Positions 50,330-63,427 of a stretch of DNA of 64,000 nt are shown here, piece by piece. The first letter of the stretch is position 1. Each line of letters opens with the position of its first letter. Position numbers and translations under genes: made by a program. The notes below the pieces were generated by a model. It saw only the letters and a list, made by a program, of their open reading frames with translations. It had not been told where the DNA came from and made no database searches. Source of the stretch: Lama glama (lineage: Eukaryota); assembly GCA_028534125.1 (NCBI GenBank), contig CM052832.1, positions 7,752,001 to 7,816,000 of the forward strand. Direction: 5' to 3'.

Positions 50330-51200
50330 ATTAGTTAGCACCGGGCATGGTTAAAAGTAACAGAAATCATGACTCCATAGTGATTAACATAAATTAAGGA
50401 GAATTTTTTCCCTCCCAAAGCAAGAATTCCAGAAGAGAGAGTTCTGAGTATTCAGGGGCTCAGGATTCCTAGGCTGAGGTCTCTGCAATTTCTTTGGCCT
50501 TTCCCTCCTGGTCACAATGTGGCTGCTGTATCTCCAGCCACTAAGTCCAAATTCTAGCCAGAAAGTGGAAAATAGGAATAAAGGGCAAGGAAGAAGGGGC
50601 AATGCTGGGTATCAGAAAAGCAAAGTGCTTCCCCTAAATCTGCAGTAGACTTTCGCTATGGTTTATTGGTCAGAAAAACAATTGGATATTTTAGCTGGGC
50701 TACATGGATGGCCCTGGTAAAATCAGGATTCTACTCCTAAGGAAGCAGGATATTGAATATGTGTATCTGTCAGAAAAACCAGAACCCAGTTTACGTAGTT
50801 CAAACAGAAAGACAGTTGACACAGGGGACTGAGTGCTTACAAGACTATCGGAAGGACTAAAGGAGGGAAGTGAAGGTGGGTGCTGGCTCTAACACCCACT
50901 GCTGGCCTTCAGGACATCAGGAAGTTACCACCACGGGAAGCCACCACGAGTTCTAGCACTACAGCTGCTGGGACTCCCCATCGCCCTGAGGCAGGTGGTT
51001 CACCAGAAACCCAGAGGTGGCGGCAGAGCCTCACACCTGCCCACGCCAATGTGTCTTCCCACCACTGCGGGAGGAAAAAACGTGGCCAGTGTTTCCCTTC
51101 TGCCTTCCAGTTCTCAGATGAGTGTCTCTCACTGGGAAACCTGAACCGCAAGCCTGCTGGCAATGGGTTCTGGGAAATGTAGTTCCCAGGCGTCCAGCCC
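50330..51200 (-). mobile_element. Two adjacent old ERVL-MaLR/ERVL LTR remnants (~50330-50760 and ~50760-51200)
   Basis: ctcctggtcacaatgtggctgctgtatctccagcca... and ...gggttctgggaaatgtagttcccaggc motifs. Confidence 0.5.
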
Positions 51201-53818
51201 CTGCCTTCCAGAGGAGATGGGGGCCCAAGTGGTGGTGAGTACCAAGAGTCAATTTGGCACAGTGGGCAAGTAGCAGTGCCTTCTACACCTATGCAGAGCA
51301 CAGACATCAGAGCCTGTGTGTGAGCATGGAAAGGCTGGCCATCCCCACAGGTGCTCCTACTACTGGGTGTGTCACTTTGGAGAGTCACTTCTCTAAGCGA
51401 AGAGATGCACAAATGCATACGCCTGGTGCAAGGACAATGGGTTATCTCCAGAGGAGCAGGGATATTCTTAAAATAATTTCAGCATGACTCAGATCATCCT
51501 CTCCTTTTCATGTTCATTTACCAAAAGCCCTCCAACACAAGTTAGCTCGGACTGGTGCCAGAGTTCTAGAGAAAGAAGTTTGGGAGAGAAAGAGAACTGT
51601 GTCATGGAGTCGAGGCTGATCTCCTTGGGGCTGTAGAGGCAGGGAAGGATGTTTGCTGACTTCAGGCCAGTGGCACTCAGAATAGAGACAGGGCTGAAAC
51701 TGGGTATGTTGGAAGCTGTAGCAACCTGGGAGCTACTGGCCAATGTCAGTAGGAGATAAGCCCTTAGTAAAGCAGCCACTGGGTCACCCCAGGCTCCATC
51801 TGGAGCCACAGCCTTGGAGCCAGAGACTGACGTGGCCGAGATACAAGATGCTACAGAACGTCTGGGATGACCATGACTGAGGAGCTGGGGGAGGGACCCA
51901 GGTCAGGGTTGTCACAGTTCTGGGCTACAGAAATGCCATTTTATTACTATTACTGTGGCCTGACTGGACCCCTCCCCCAAAATAAAGATCAAATTTCACC
52001 ATCCAAGTACCCAACCGTATGAAGCTTATTATACAGACAGCAAGGAACTGCTCAGGGTGGAAAACTAGATCCTGTAGACGAGAGGGATGAGAGTGGTGAG
52101 GGGTGAGGTCTGCCTCTCACACCCTGAAGGCCTGCAAGCAGCCAGGCTCCACTGTTGCCTTCTATGTTTTGAAAATACGAACATATTTAAAGGGGATTTG
52201 AAAAATACTTGGTTGGTGGCTGCAGGGATTTCCGCAGAAGGGCTCCGAGGAGCCAAAAGCATCACGGGCCTCTGTCCTTTCCCTCAGAACGTTGGAATGG
52301 TCGCTGCATGAGCTGCAGTTGACCTCAGCGGCTGGGGAGGTTTGCAGAACTTAAGTAGCTCTTTTTAGGTAACGTGGAGTAACTAAGACCAGTGGCTTTG
52401 GAGCCAAACCCTAGAGTGGATGTGAGCTCGTCAGAGGAGCCAAAGTAGAGGTTTTTAGAACAAGGGTGATGTCACAACTGTCAGGAGTTCACCTTAGTTA
52501 CATGGCCCTCCGGTCACAAGTCTGAGTTATGGCTGGAGCACAGCCTGGGCTTTGCAAGCCAGAAGGCGGAGGTGCGGGTGGGAAGTGTGGACAGAGGAAG
52601 GGAGGGGGCAGCAAGAAAGCAGAGGAGTGGGAAGTGACACACAGGAGCCTGGACAGAGCCTGCGACTGGAATCCTGGCTCCCATCCCTGGAGCTGCTGTT
52701 GAGGGGCTTGGAGGGGTGATGGCTGCCCACGGACAAGGAGCCCAGATCCACAGCAAATCCTGAGGATATGGGTGGGGGGTCACTGACTTCTGGTTGAGGA
52801 GCTCTGGTGATCATCTTGCCAGGACGGACAGAGCTGACAGTTGTCACCAAGGATGCTGCCAAGGAGTTTGTGAGGAAAGGACCTACCTCTGCTGATGGCT
52901 CCCCTTTCCCTTCTGGGAAACTCAAAGTTGCCCCCTGTGACTCTCCAGGGAAAGGTGTGGGACCTCCGATGGCTCCAGGTCTGCGGGCCCAGACTGCCTC
53001 TCCTGAGTCAAGTTATCAGCTGGCACACGGTTGAGATAAAGCATAAGAAATAAGAGGAGAGGGGCCCCTTCAACACTGAGTGCCTCCTGGGTATGTGGGT
53101 GGGGAGGGCAGTTGGAGGAAGGAGCCAGAGCTCACCACTGGCGCCCTTCACGAGCCCTCCCAGCTGGTACCATTTGGATGCTGCTTAAAAAAGTTTAGAA
53201 CCCTCCAGGGTTGACCTTCAGCAAACCACAGGGTGACCCAGTGACCACAGGGCTGGGATTGGAGAGCTGGGGACAAGTTGGGTCAGAGGATGTGCACAGA
53301 CTTAAAAGAGCAGCCCATCAGGCTGGGGGCAGGCGGCGGGGGTGTAAAGCGCAAAGACGCCCAGGAGCCGCTGGGTAGTGGGAGGCAGAGCCCACGCTGG
53401 AGAATGAGTAATGGGTCCCAGCTGGATGTGCGGCTGCAGGCAGAGGGAGGGAGGGGGCCAGCCATGGAGCAGCTGTGTGCCGCCCCCAGCCACCCCTGTG
53501 CACTCTCATTTAACGCAGGTGGGCTTGGTGTCCTCACACTGGGGATAAGAAAAGCGAGGCTCAGGGAGAGAAAGATTAGGGTAAAATGCCCAAAGCCACA
53601 CAGCTGGTCATTTGAAGAGCTGGGAAGCCAGGGCTTGACCTGCATTTAGTAACTCCATCCCCAGCATCTTCACTTTGGATAGGAAGGTAAAAAAACAGGC
53701 TCACACCATCCCTCTTCTGTCCTCTTGCCTCCTTTCTAGAACTCACTTTACCATAATTAACTAAGCATTTGGATCTTGTCAAGTGCCCAGCCCCATTTAT
53801 CCTTTTTTAGGAGCTACA

Positions 53819-53870
53819 AATAATAATACTAATAATCATACTACTACTACTAATAATAATAATAGTAATA
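53819..53870. repeat. (TAA)n/(TAC)n simple repeat
   Basis: aataataatactaataatcatactactactactaataataataatagtaata. Confidence 0.85.
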
Positions 53871-54179
53871 TTTAGAAGTACTCTTTGACCTTGAGCTTAT
53901 ACTCTGTTGGCAAGTCTGATTGCACACCTGTGAATTAACCTGAGGCTGCTTACAGAGCAAACAAGCCTACAGATGGAAAATGAAAAGCCACTTTGCTAAG
54001 GGATACCAAATAAGAAGGCACAGAGGTAGAGCTGGAGGCAATCAGGGAAGGCTTCCTGGAGGAGGTGGATTTTAAAACTGAATTTCATCAGATACAATAT
54101 ACCCAATTGTTAAAGAAGCAAGACGCCTGCATTCTGAGAAGGTGTGAACTAGTCACAAAAGTAGGAAGGATCTGGGGAG

Positions 54180-54700
54180 CAGAGGAACAGAACTTTGGCC
54201 CCATGACCTTTGCCCTTGATGTTACACCTGTAAATATGTTATATCATGTGGCAATAGGAACTATGCTGATGTAATTAAGGTCAGGGACCTTAAAACAGGG
54301 AGATGAGTCTGGATTACCTGGGTGACCCATTCTAGTCTCAAGTCCTAAAAAAGCAGAGAACTTTCTCTGGGTGGAGCCAGAGAAATGAGGCAGAAGAGGA
54401 AGGCAAAGAGATTCAAAGCATGAAAAGCACTTGACCCACTTTTGCTGTTTGAAGGCAAGGGGGCAGAATGATAGGGAATGAGGTGGCTTTAAGGAGCTGA
54501 GAGAGGCTCCCGGCTGGCATCCAGCAAGGAACCGGATTCTGCCAACAACCTGAATGATCCTGGAAGCGCACCTACCCCAGAGAGTCCAGATAAGGGCCTA
54601 GACCAGTGGACACCCTGACTTTGACCTTGTGAGACTCTGGGCTGAGCCATGCCCTGCAGGACCTCTGACCTGGGGAACTGGAGATAACATTCTATACTTC
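54180..54700 (+). mobile_element. MaLR MLT1D/E-like LTR
   Basis: gatgtaattaaggt...ctggattacctgggtgaccc...ccagcaaggaa...tctgccaacaacctgaatga...gacaccctgactttgaccttgtgagactctg. Confidence 0.85.
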
Positions 54701-57059
54701 TTGGTCCCAGGCCTGGGAACTATAAACTAATTCCTGCTAATCTGCAAACGGCAATGACACAGGTGTCTTCTGGCTGAGGCTCTGGAGCAGATTGAATAGA
54801 AGACTTGCAGGCGTTCACAGGAGCCAGGGTGGCGATCCAAGCCAAGCCATTGGAGCTGACCCCTGTCCCAACCCTGCCTCTGCTTACTGATCTCATGTCT
54901 GCATCACTTCTGGGAGATCCAGTCACCGGAAATTGCCTGCAGGCTGAGTGAGGAGCCCTTTCCACTGACTCAGCCAGGTCTTATGGGATTTGAACCCCAA
55001 GCTCCAGCGTGTCTCGGCCTGGGAAGACCATAGAACCAGCATCCCCACTGGATCCAGCCAGGGCTGACCTGCCAGCCAACAACTGCCCGCTGACCTGCCA
55101 CCTACCAACTCAAAAGGCAGAGAACTACACGGCCCACTGGCTCTCCCCCGGCCCCTGAGGGCTCATAGGCACAGTCACGCTACTTCTCATCCACACCACC
55201 AACAAAATTCTCAGCAGGACAGAGCTGAGGGCAGCTTTGTCTGAATGCTTGGTTCTGACATTCTAGAATGTGGTTCTCCTCTAGAAAGTGCCCTCCAGGC
55301 TGACACCCACCCAGCCACTGCACCCCCGTGAACACAGTTATTCAAACAACTATCCTCCCACCCAGCACAAGGGCAGAGTTCTCAGTCTTGTCCAGGTTTC
55401 TGGACTGATGTGCTCCTCCTGGAACCCTGTCGAGGAAGGAATGTGGAGGGACTGACATACATGCTCCCAGAGGGACAGATTCCTCTCCAGGAGGCACTCA
55501 CGGAGAGAAAGCGTGGTGCAGTGGGCGGGGCGCGGGCCCTGCCGCTGGGCCCCCTTGGGTGAGTCGGGCGGTTTAACCATTGTGTGTCTCACTACCCTTG
55601 TCTGCAGAGTAGAAGCAATCACGGTATCCTTTTCATTCTGTGGCCATGAGGATGAAAAGCCCAAGTATTAGCTACCATTTTTCTTTATTACTTGCTTCTC
55701 TAGGTTTAGGTAAAGCCCTCCCTTAATAATCTGTTCTACAATCCTGGCCACAGGGTCTTGCATTCATGGCTGATATTCCAAGAGTGGCTGGGTGGTGGTG
55801 GTTACACTCAGCGGCTGTACCAGTCATTTAAAACATAAAAAGCCACCGTTCCTCAAGTCTGGGCACAGTGACAGGGGCACATCTGGCCATTAGGCACAAG
55901 TTTTCAGACCTTGGGAGGAAAGACTGTTTAATTTCAACATATGAGGATGCAAACTCCATGCCGGTGGCAATTCCACTGTCTTTATTCTCCCATTCTCTCC
56001 AGCACGCTGCCTGGTGCATACTTCGTGCTCCATTCACGTTTTCTAAATGAGTGAGTGAATGAAGGAGCAAATACATGAACTGAGAAAGAGCACACAGTAA
56101 AAGGCAAGTGCTTTGGACCCTTTCATTGGAAAGCCTACCTCTCATTCTTTTTGAGAGACTGAACTTTTTGGTAAAGCGTGGCTCTGACAATCGGAGCTCT
56201 TTGCCCCCAGAGGCGCCAGAGTGCAGGACACTTTGGAAATAGCACCCACTGGGTTCTCTAGCATCTGGCAGGGCCCTCACCACTGAGCCCAGCAACTCGG
56301 CTTGAGTCTGCATCTTCACAGTCAAGCTCTGGAGAGAGAGAAGCTCAGAGGTCCAGCCATCATCCAGGAGAAAGTGGCCTGTCTGCCTGGGCCCCGTGCA
56401 GTGGTTCTTTGTCAAAGCTTGTGGTGGAGACACGGAGCAGTTGATGTGTGTGGGACCTTTGTCCTCAGAGGTGCCAGCTCCACATTGGATCATTTCTGTG
56501 GAGGAGAACTACATTTGGAAGCCAGGAGACATGGGTGATTCATGGCCCCGATGTGAAGGGTGGAAAGGAGATTTGCATACCGTCAGGGTGTGCCTCTGCA
56601 GGCCGGATTAAGGCAGTTGAAGAGGCTAATAATAGGCTTTCCAACAGGTAAACTCTTGACGCTGGTTCAATCCTCCCAGACTTCTGGTGCCTGGCATTGA
56701 CTCATCTTTCCAGCACCCTGGGCAGGTTTCCATAATGGCTCCTTCCCTTGGGGAATTCAAGTGCCAGGTTTGCTGTCACCTGTGGGCGAGGATCTGCTCT
56801 GTCTGAGGCTGTCAGTGCAGCTCATGACAGAGGTACGGCCAGCTCTAATCTCACCGAGATCAGAGCATCTTTCCAAGCAGGGCTGCTGGGCTGGGCTTCT
56901 GCCCCCAAGCCTCTTTCTCTACCCTACCCTGTCTGCTCGCCCTTTAGGGCTCCGCTCTTGCAGCTCTGTGGAAATCTAAGGACCACATAAAGGCATTGCA
57001 GATCTTCCTAGGAAGTCTGGAACAAACATGTTTCCTCCCAGGTTTCTCCTCAGAAAAAC

Positions 57060-57670
57060 TCACCAGTCTCCACTGAGTCCTTCCTCTCCACCCCAGCTCT
57101 TGTTAACTCTTGCATTTGTCCTTCCTTTCTGTTTTTCCTACCCCACTTGGTCCAAGCCATAACCCCTTCTCTCGCATGAAAGCCTCACAGAGGAGTCTGT
57201 TTCCACCCTTCCCCCTGGAGTCCATTGTCTACACAGGTATTTTTAAAATGCAAATCTGATCATGTTGTTCCCCTTTAAAAATCTTCCAGTGGTTTCTCAT
57301 TGCTTCAGAAATAAAAACTCAAATCTTTAACCCAGCCTGCATGGTTCGGCCCTCGTTCTGTGTCCTCCTTTGATAAAAATCTCATCATACTCCTTATCTC
57401 TTCTTTGTTGTATGAATCTGAGTTTTCAGTCATATCATGGTGGATGATTGGAGTAGAAAGCATGGAGATGACTCTACAACCATGCAGGCTGTGCATGGCA
57501 CAATTCTGGGGTGTGGGGGTCATTTACATAGATTAGGATGTGAGTGAACACCTGGAATTGTGCAATGCACAACCTGTGCAACCAGGCACGGCAGCTCATT
57601 GTGTTTTGAGCTCCTGGCAGAGTACCTGGCACTTTTTTGGTGCTCATCAAATTTTGGTTGAATGAATACA
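57060..57670 (+). mobile_element. L2 fragments
   Basis: ttttaaaatgcaaatctgatcatgtt...cttccagtggtttctcattgc...cctggcac...gtgctcatcaaattttggttgaatgaat. Confidence 0.75.
57478..57590. mobile_element. MER91-type palindromic hAT MITE
   Basis: Inverted arms gcaggctgtgcatggcacaattctggggtg (57484-57513) and cacctggaattgtgcaatgcacaacctgt (57549-57577). Confidence 0.8.
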
Positions 57671-57869
57671 TGTTGATTCAACTTAAACTAACTGAAAGGA
57701 TAGTATAAGCATTCTATAAATCTTAGATATAATTTAAAAGATCCTAGAATATTAGTATGTAATGAAGAGAGAACCTTCAAATACAAATATTTTGTTGGCA
57801 TTTGATAATAAAAATAACATTCATCTATAATCATTTATCCTTGACAGAGTTCTAGGTTGACTGCTTGTT

Positions 57870-58020
57870 TTATTGTACTCAATCTTCACAACAAAACCAT
57901 GAAGTGAGCCCCATTATTATTTCCTTATTGCAAATGAAGAAATTATCCCTTGGGCAAAACCACACAGCTCCTAAGTGGCAGCTCAGGGATTGGAACCAGG
58001 GCTGTCTGACTCCAAAGCCC
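57870..58020 (-). mobile_element. MIR SINE
   Basis: aatcttcacaacaaaaccatgaagt...caaatgaagaaa...cacacagctcctaagtggcagctcagggattggaaccagggctgtctgactccaaagccc. Confidence 0.8.
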
Positions 58021-58699
58021 ATCTCATTCCCTGAAGCCTGACACCCATGTCCAGGGTCAAGGCTGCTCCTTTATTTCTTCCCAGAATCTTGCTTGGTACT
58101 TTGGAAGCAAACAATGTTTTCAAAGCCTCATGCCTGCCAATTCTGAGTATGTCACCTGGAGCAACTTCTCCTAGGATTCCCTTGGGTAACGGATGAGGGG
58201 ATCAGCTGCATCTCCATGGTCCCTGACTCACCAGACACTGCAAGGATGGGAAGAGGCTCAGCGGGTCACCTGAGGATTTTGGATTGGTCTCTGGCTCAGA
58301 TGCAACCCAAAGGGCTTCTTCCTTCCAGCAGGGGGCAGTGGTGGGGTGGGCAGGGGACAGACAGAGCCTGCACCTGAACTCAGGAGTTTAAAACTTCTCA
58401 TGTTACAATTATTGCTACTACCTATCAGGTACCCATGGTATCGTGGCATCACACAGATCTTTCGCATATATTACTTCTCTGGAAGGCAGGGAGAATTACG
58501 CCCATTTTACAACTGAGATAAACTGAGGCTCACTGAACTTACTAACTTACTAAAGCTTCCTTCACCAAATTTTTTGAGCTCCAATGATATGAGCTCCAAA
58601 TTGGGTCTGGCAGGAGCCAAAGCCCATGTCCTCTGGCTCAAATTGTATCTAAGACCAAAGACCAGCTCCCTGGAGAGGGGACAATGTGATGCCTCTCCC

Positions 58700-59235
58700 G
58701 CAGTGGGGCAGCCACGTTTGTTCGGGGGAACTAATCCCTCTCCCAGATCCATAAGCCAATCAGCACAGTCTTCTCCTCCTATAATGATTAGTTCAGGGAT
58801 GGGAAGGAACCCAGACAATGAGAGCTCAACCTTCTCCAGGCCATAATGATTGGCTCCAATTGGCCTAATCAGAGTGAAGTATGAGACTCATGTTGAATAT
58901 CTGAGGTGGGGTGACGTCGGGCAGGAGAGCTCTCTCTCTTGCTCTCCATGATGTGGTATGTAGATGTGAAGCCCAGAACTGCCACCATCTAGGAAATCAG
59001 GCTGCAGTGAAGCCAAGCCATCCAAAAGGGCAGAGCCAAGAGGATCACAAAGAAATGGAAACATAGCCCTGATCAAACCACTCTCTGAACCACTCCTGGA
59101 CTTCCAGTTAAATTCCTAATGTATTATTCCCTTGCTGTTCAAGTCATTTTTGAGCCGGGTTTTCTATTAATTGCAGTAGAAATGATCATAACCAGAATCT
59201 CCAAGAAGTTGGCCTGGGTTTGTTGCTTCTGCCAG
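58700..59235 (+). mobile_element. ERVL LTR16-like remnant
   Basis: taagccaatcagca...aatgattggctc...ggcctaatcagagtga...ctggacttccagtt...tttgagccgggttttct. Confidence 0.55.
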
Positions 59236-59289
59236 AAGGCTGCAGGGGGAGTGAAGCAGCCGTATGGAGGACCCAGGTGCAGGGACGCA

Positions 59290-59520
59290 AAGCAGGTGAG
59301 GGAAGAGCAAAGGAGGTGAAGGGTGAGGAGGCTGAGGGGATGAGGGGGTGGGAGACATTTTAGAAGAGTAAGTGACGTGAAAGGGGATGAGGGTATCTGG
59401 GAGGGATGGATAAGGCGGTGGAGATAAAGAGATGTGGAAGGTGAGGGGTGAGAGAGTAAGGAGGTGAGGGAGTGAGGAGAGTGAGGCACTGAAGTAGGCG
59501 AGGAAGGCGGGGAGGTGGCC
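59290..59520. repeat. Purine-rich (GA/GGA) low-complexity tract
   Basis: Runs of ggaggtgaagggtgaggaggctgagggga...ggaggtgagggagtgaggagagtgagg. Confidence 0.75.
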
Positions 59521-59786
59521 TTACAAGGGCTGCCCCAGGCCAGCTGGCTGCCAGACTCGTCCCTCTAACTGCCGGCCACCCCCATGCCTGCTGGGCAGGG
59601 GCTTAGGGGGGAACCCGGGAGGGAGAATGGGAGCCAGTTGACGTAAATCTTTGCCTTCCATATTTTCAGTTCCTTGTGGCTTAATCAGAGGAAGCACGCC
59701 CTGGGTTTTCAAGATCCTTCTTCCAGCAGCGTAAGAATTCACCTACTTCAGGGAGAGGGAAGGTTTGAGAATTGAAATGCTCCCGC

Positions 59787-60439
59787 CTTGTATCCAGAAG
59801 GAACCCTACTTCAGGATGACACCTGCACCCCAATGTTCCTAGCAGCACTATTTACAATAGCTAAAACATGGAAACAGCCTAAATGTCCATCAACAGGTGA
59901 CTGGATAAAGAAGATGTGGTATATTTATACAATGGAATACTACTCGGCCATGAAAACCAACAACATAATGCCATTTGCAGCAACATGGATGCTCCTGGAG
60001 AATGTCATTCTAAGTGAAGTAAGCCAGAAAGAGAAAGAAAAATACCGTATGAGATCGCTCATATGTGGAATCTAAAAAACAAAAACAAAAACAAACAACC
60101 AAAACAAAGTGTAAATATAGGACAGAAATAGACTCATAGACAGAATACAGACTTGTGGTTGCCAGGGGGCGGAGGGTGGGAAGGGATAGACTGGGATTTC
60201 AAAATTGTAGAATAGATAAACAAGATTACACTGTATAGCACAGGGAAATATACACAAAATGTTATGGTAGCTCACAGAGAAAAAAATGTGACAATGAGTG
60301 TGTATATGTCCATGTATGACTGAAAAATTGTGCTGAACATGGGAATTTGACACAATATTGTAAAATGATTATAAATCAATAAAAATGTTTAAAAAAATAA
60401 AAATAATAAAAATAGAAAAAGCTTAAAAAATTAAAAAAA
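59787..60439 (+). mobile_element. Young 5'-truncated L1 with a perfect TSD
   Basis: ORF 59788-60075 is the intact ORF2 C-terminus (TCTPMFLAALFTIAKTWKQPKCP...YYSAMK...). A-rich tail. TSD AAATGCTCCCGC at 59775-59786 and 60440-60451. Confidence 0.97.
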
Positions 60440-60999
60440 AAATGCTCCCGCACCTTTTGTCCAGAGAGCGAAGGGAAAAGCTTGGGGGAGCCTGCAGAGG
60501 AGGGGAGGGGCCCCACTGCACATGGACTCCGGTGGCGAGAATCTGGAATTACAAAGGAGAACTCGGGGGACAGCCTGATTGCAGAAGGTTTTTTTCTTGT
60601 GACAAAGAGAGCTTATAGACTAGTCCTGAGAATAGTGAGCTATCCAAAGGACTTTAAAATAGGTCTCAATTTACAGGAATCTGTAAATTGTATAGACTTT
60701 TTACAAAGTCTATCCCTGTTGGAAAGCAAGGCACATCGAGGGATAGGGCACATCTAGTGACTTCCCCGGGAGGACGGTTTCCGTTAGCCTCCTCTTCTGT
60801 CCCTTCCTCAGCACGTCATACTCTAATTTTTCAAAATGGTATGCAGCCAGGGCCCCTGAAAATGCCCCCAGACTGGCATGCTGGACCTCCTCTCTCTAAA
60901 AGACACACATACCTTCATTCCTTCACCAGTCCAGCCTTCTTTCAAAAGTATCCGTAAGTTTTAAGTCATGGAATGATGGGAAAGTTAAAAATCTTGTCC

Positions 61000-61150
61000 A
61001 AATGTGTGACCGTAGTTATGTTTCTTAACCTCTCTGAGCTTCAGTTTGTTCCTCTTGAAGTGGGTGTAATTATGTCACAAGGCAGTTGTCATGTTAAATG
61101 AGAAAAATGCACATCAAGGCACAAATTCTGACACGTAGTAGATGCTGAAG
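61000..61150 (+). mobile_element. MIR SINE
   Basis: tgtgtgacc...ttcttaacctctctgagcttcagtttgttcctc...aggcagttgtcatgttaaatgaga. Confidence 0.7.
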
Positions 61151-61899
61151 TTGTTTGAAGGAAAGGATGTACCTGTGCCATGAATGGGAGGATGGATCGA
61201 CCTGAGTGTTTAGTTGGTCTTAGTTGCAGACCACAGAGTCCACTTTAGCTAGTTCACACAAAAGAATTTATTAGAGAGTTTTGGGGAGTTTCTAAAATTT
61301 CTTGGAAGGCCGAGGAACCAAGCTAGGAAAACTGCAGACTGAGGAAACAGCCAACCACATCGCAGGACAATTTCAGCAGAAACTCCACCCCTGTGATGTT
61401 GGGGACCAGTGAGGATGGTTGCAGAAAAAACAAATGCCTCCTCCAGGGGATCTGATGTCCCCATGCCCAGCAGCCACCTCACCTTGCTCACTGCTGCCTT
61501 CCGTGCCTCGTGTGGGACCACCGCTCCGCATACCTGGGCCATCATCAGAAGTCTGGCTACAACGGGACAGTCCCTAGGATTCAGGAAGGTGGGCGGGACA
61601 GATGTTACTGAGCCAGTCTCTGGGGTCAGCATCCAGGTCCAGGTGAAAGAGGTCAGGCTGTGGGATGGGTGTGGTCCCCAGCACCAGTCTACAGCCAGTG
61701 GCTACAACATCAGTGACTGCCAGTCTCCATCTGCTCCAAAGGCCTCCCAGAAGCCAGCAAAACCTGCTCCCTCGGCCGGCCTCCCCCTCCTCTCTATAGG
61801 AATCCTCTCCTCCAGGCAGCCCAGCTGACTAGCTTCTGCCTCCTGAAATGCTGTAGGATGGAGGAGGATGGTGGGTGCTGTGCACTCAGGCACACAAAG

Positions 61900-62050
61900 C
61901 CTTGATTTCAAGTCCCAACTCTGTTATTTGCTTGCTGTGTAACTAGGACACATGATTTCTTCCGGGCTTTAAATCCTTCTTCTATAATCAGGTGATCATA
62001 ATGACACCTGCCCTGGTTGTGAGATTTCAAAGAAGGAAGAAGTGGGAAAA
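61900..62050 (+). mobile_element. MIR SINE
   Basis: ttcaagtcccaactctg...gctgtgtaactagg...ctataatcaggtgatcataatgacacctgccctggttgtgagatt. Confidence 0.6.
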
Positions 62051-63427
62051 GCACTTGGTAAGTTGTACAGGGCTCATATCACCCAGAGCTTTCCTGCCCT
62101 TCAAGGCTCAGCTCAACCCTGGCCTCGCCCTCCAACCCCGCCAGGATCTCAGTTCTTCTGGAATTGCTCCCAGAGCCTGCTCAGCATTCTTGGAAATGTC
62201 CTCCAAAGATTGTTCTCATTATTTGAGGGTTGATATGATATTTAGAAGCAATTGAAAGCCATTTGAGGCCAATCCCGGGGAATTAGGTGAGTAATCAAAC
62301 TGGGTAATAGAATTTTTCGGTCAATAACGAGGTGGGGCAGAGTGGTTTATTTTTTTTCCACGTGGCCACACAAACGGACTCTGAAGGCAGTTCCAAGAGA
62401 GATGCCACAAGGTACTTGAGCAGTGGCAGCCTCCCTGGAATAGGATGGAGCTTTCCAATGGAATGTCTTTGGAGTCCTAGTCTGTTTGCTGAAAAAACAC
62501 AGTCATTATTTTATCATCACAACTTGCATAAACACCAGCTTTTCTCTCCTGGCTCTGAAGCTGGCACATATAAACAGTGTTCCCTCAATTTATTTTGAGC
62601 AAATGACCATACTCAACAAGCAAAAACCTATAAAAACAGTAGAGAGGTATGTAGAATTCTGGCGTCATAATTAAATCAGACTCACACGCCATGAATCTGA
62701 TACATATTTAATTACTCACATAGTTGTTGCTGTGCGGCTCGGTAATAAGGCAGGAATGTTCTTCACGACAATTGGGCATAACAACTTGAAGCATTTTGGA
62801 CGTGGGCTGGGAGAGGGAGAGAGGGAGGAAGGGGGAGGGTTTGGGCCCCCCACACCCCCTCCCCTGACATCCCTCCCCAGAAGGTCTGATCCGACCCTTG
62901 AGCTAAGATGTGCTCCCGGCGCCCAGCCTGCGGGCTGGGCCTCTGAGGACAGTGGGCTCTAGATGCTGCCAGTTCTGTCTTTTGGAAGAAGGAGCAAGAG
63001 TCAGCGCTTGGGAAGATGCTTCTGAGGCCCCAGGAGGCAGGGGGCTCTGGCCCTGGTCCAGGTGTGAACCAGGAGTATGACCACGGGCTCCTTCTCAACC
63101 TCCGCAAGGCTCAGGGGCCTGCGTGTCGTAAACATATGCCTCCAGGTGCATAGTAAACACCCTGTAAGATGTCTGTGGTCCCCTCCCCCCTCTTCCCCAC
63201 AGAAGCCCTCAGCAAGGCCAGGGGCACCGGCCGGGGGGCAGTCTTGGGATGTCGTCAATGGTAACTGCACAGGGCTCTGGAGAAGCTCCGCTGAGGAGTC
63301 CTCTGTGGGGCTGACCAAAGGTGAGCGCCCCCTCTTCCCCTCCTGATAATCAGAGTAATTTCTAGTGCCAGCAGGAAGGGGAGAGCTGGGTGGAGGAAAG
63401 AGGCTCCCTCAAGAAACAATGATGAGG

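Noticed and set aside
55828..56493. Longest ORF in the track (221 aa, minus strand)
   Set aside because: No recognisable domain, composition typical of random GC-rich DNA, it overlaps an L2-like terminus near 56000-56080, and there is no exon-like context.
6500..58300. Apparent abundance of AP-1 sites (TGAGTCA/TGACTCA, about a dozen noticed)
   Set aside because: About 8 are expected by chance on two strands of 64 kb and they are dispersed, so this is not convincing enrichment.
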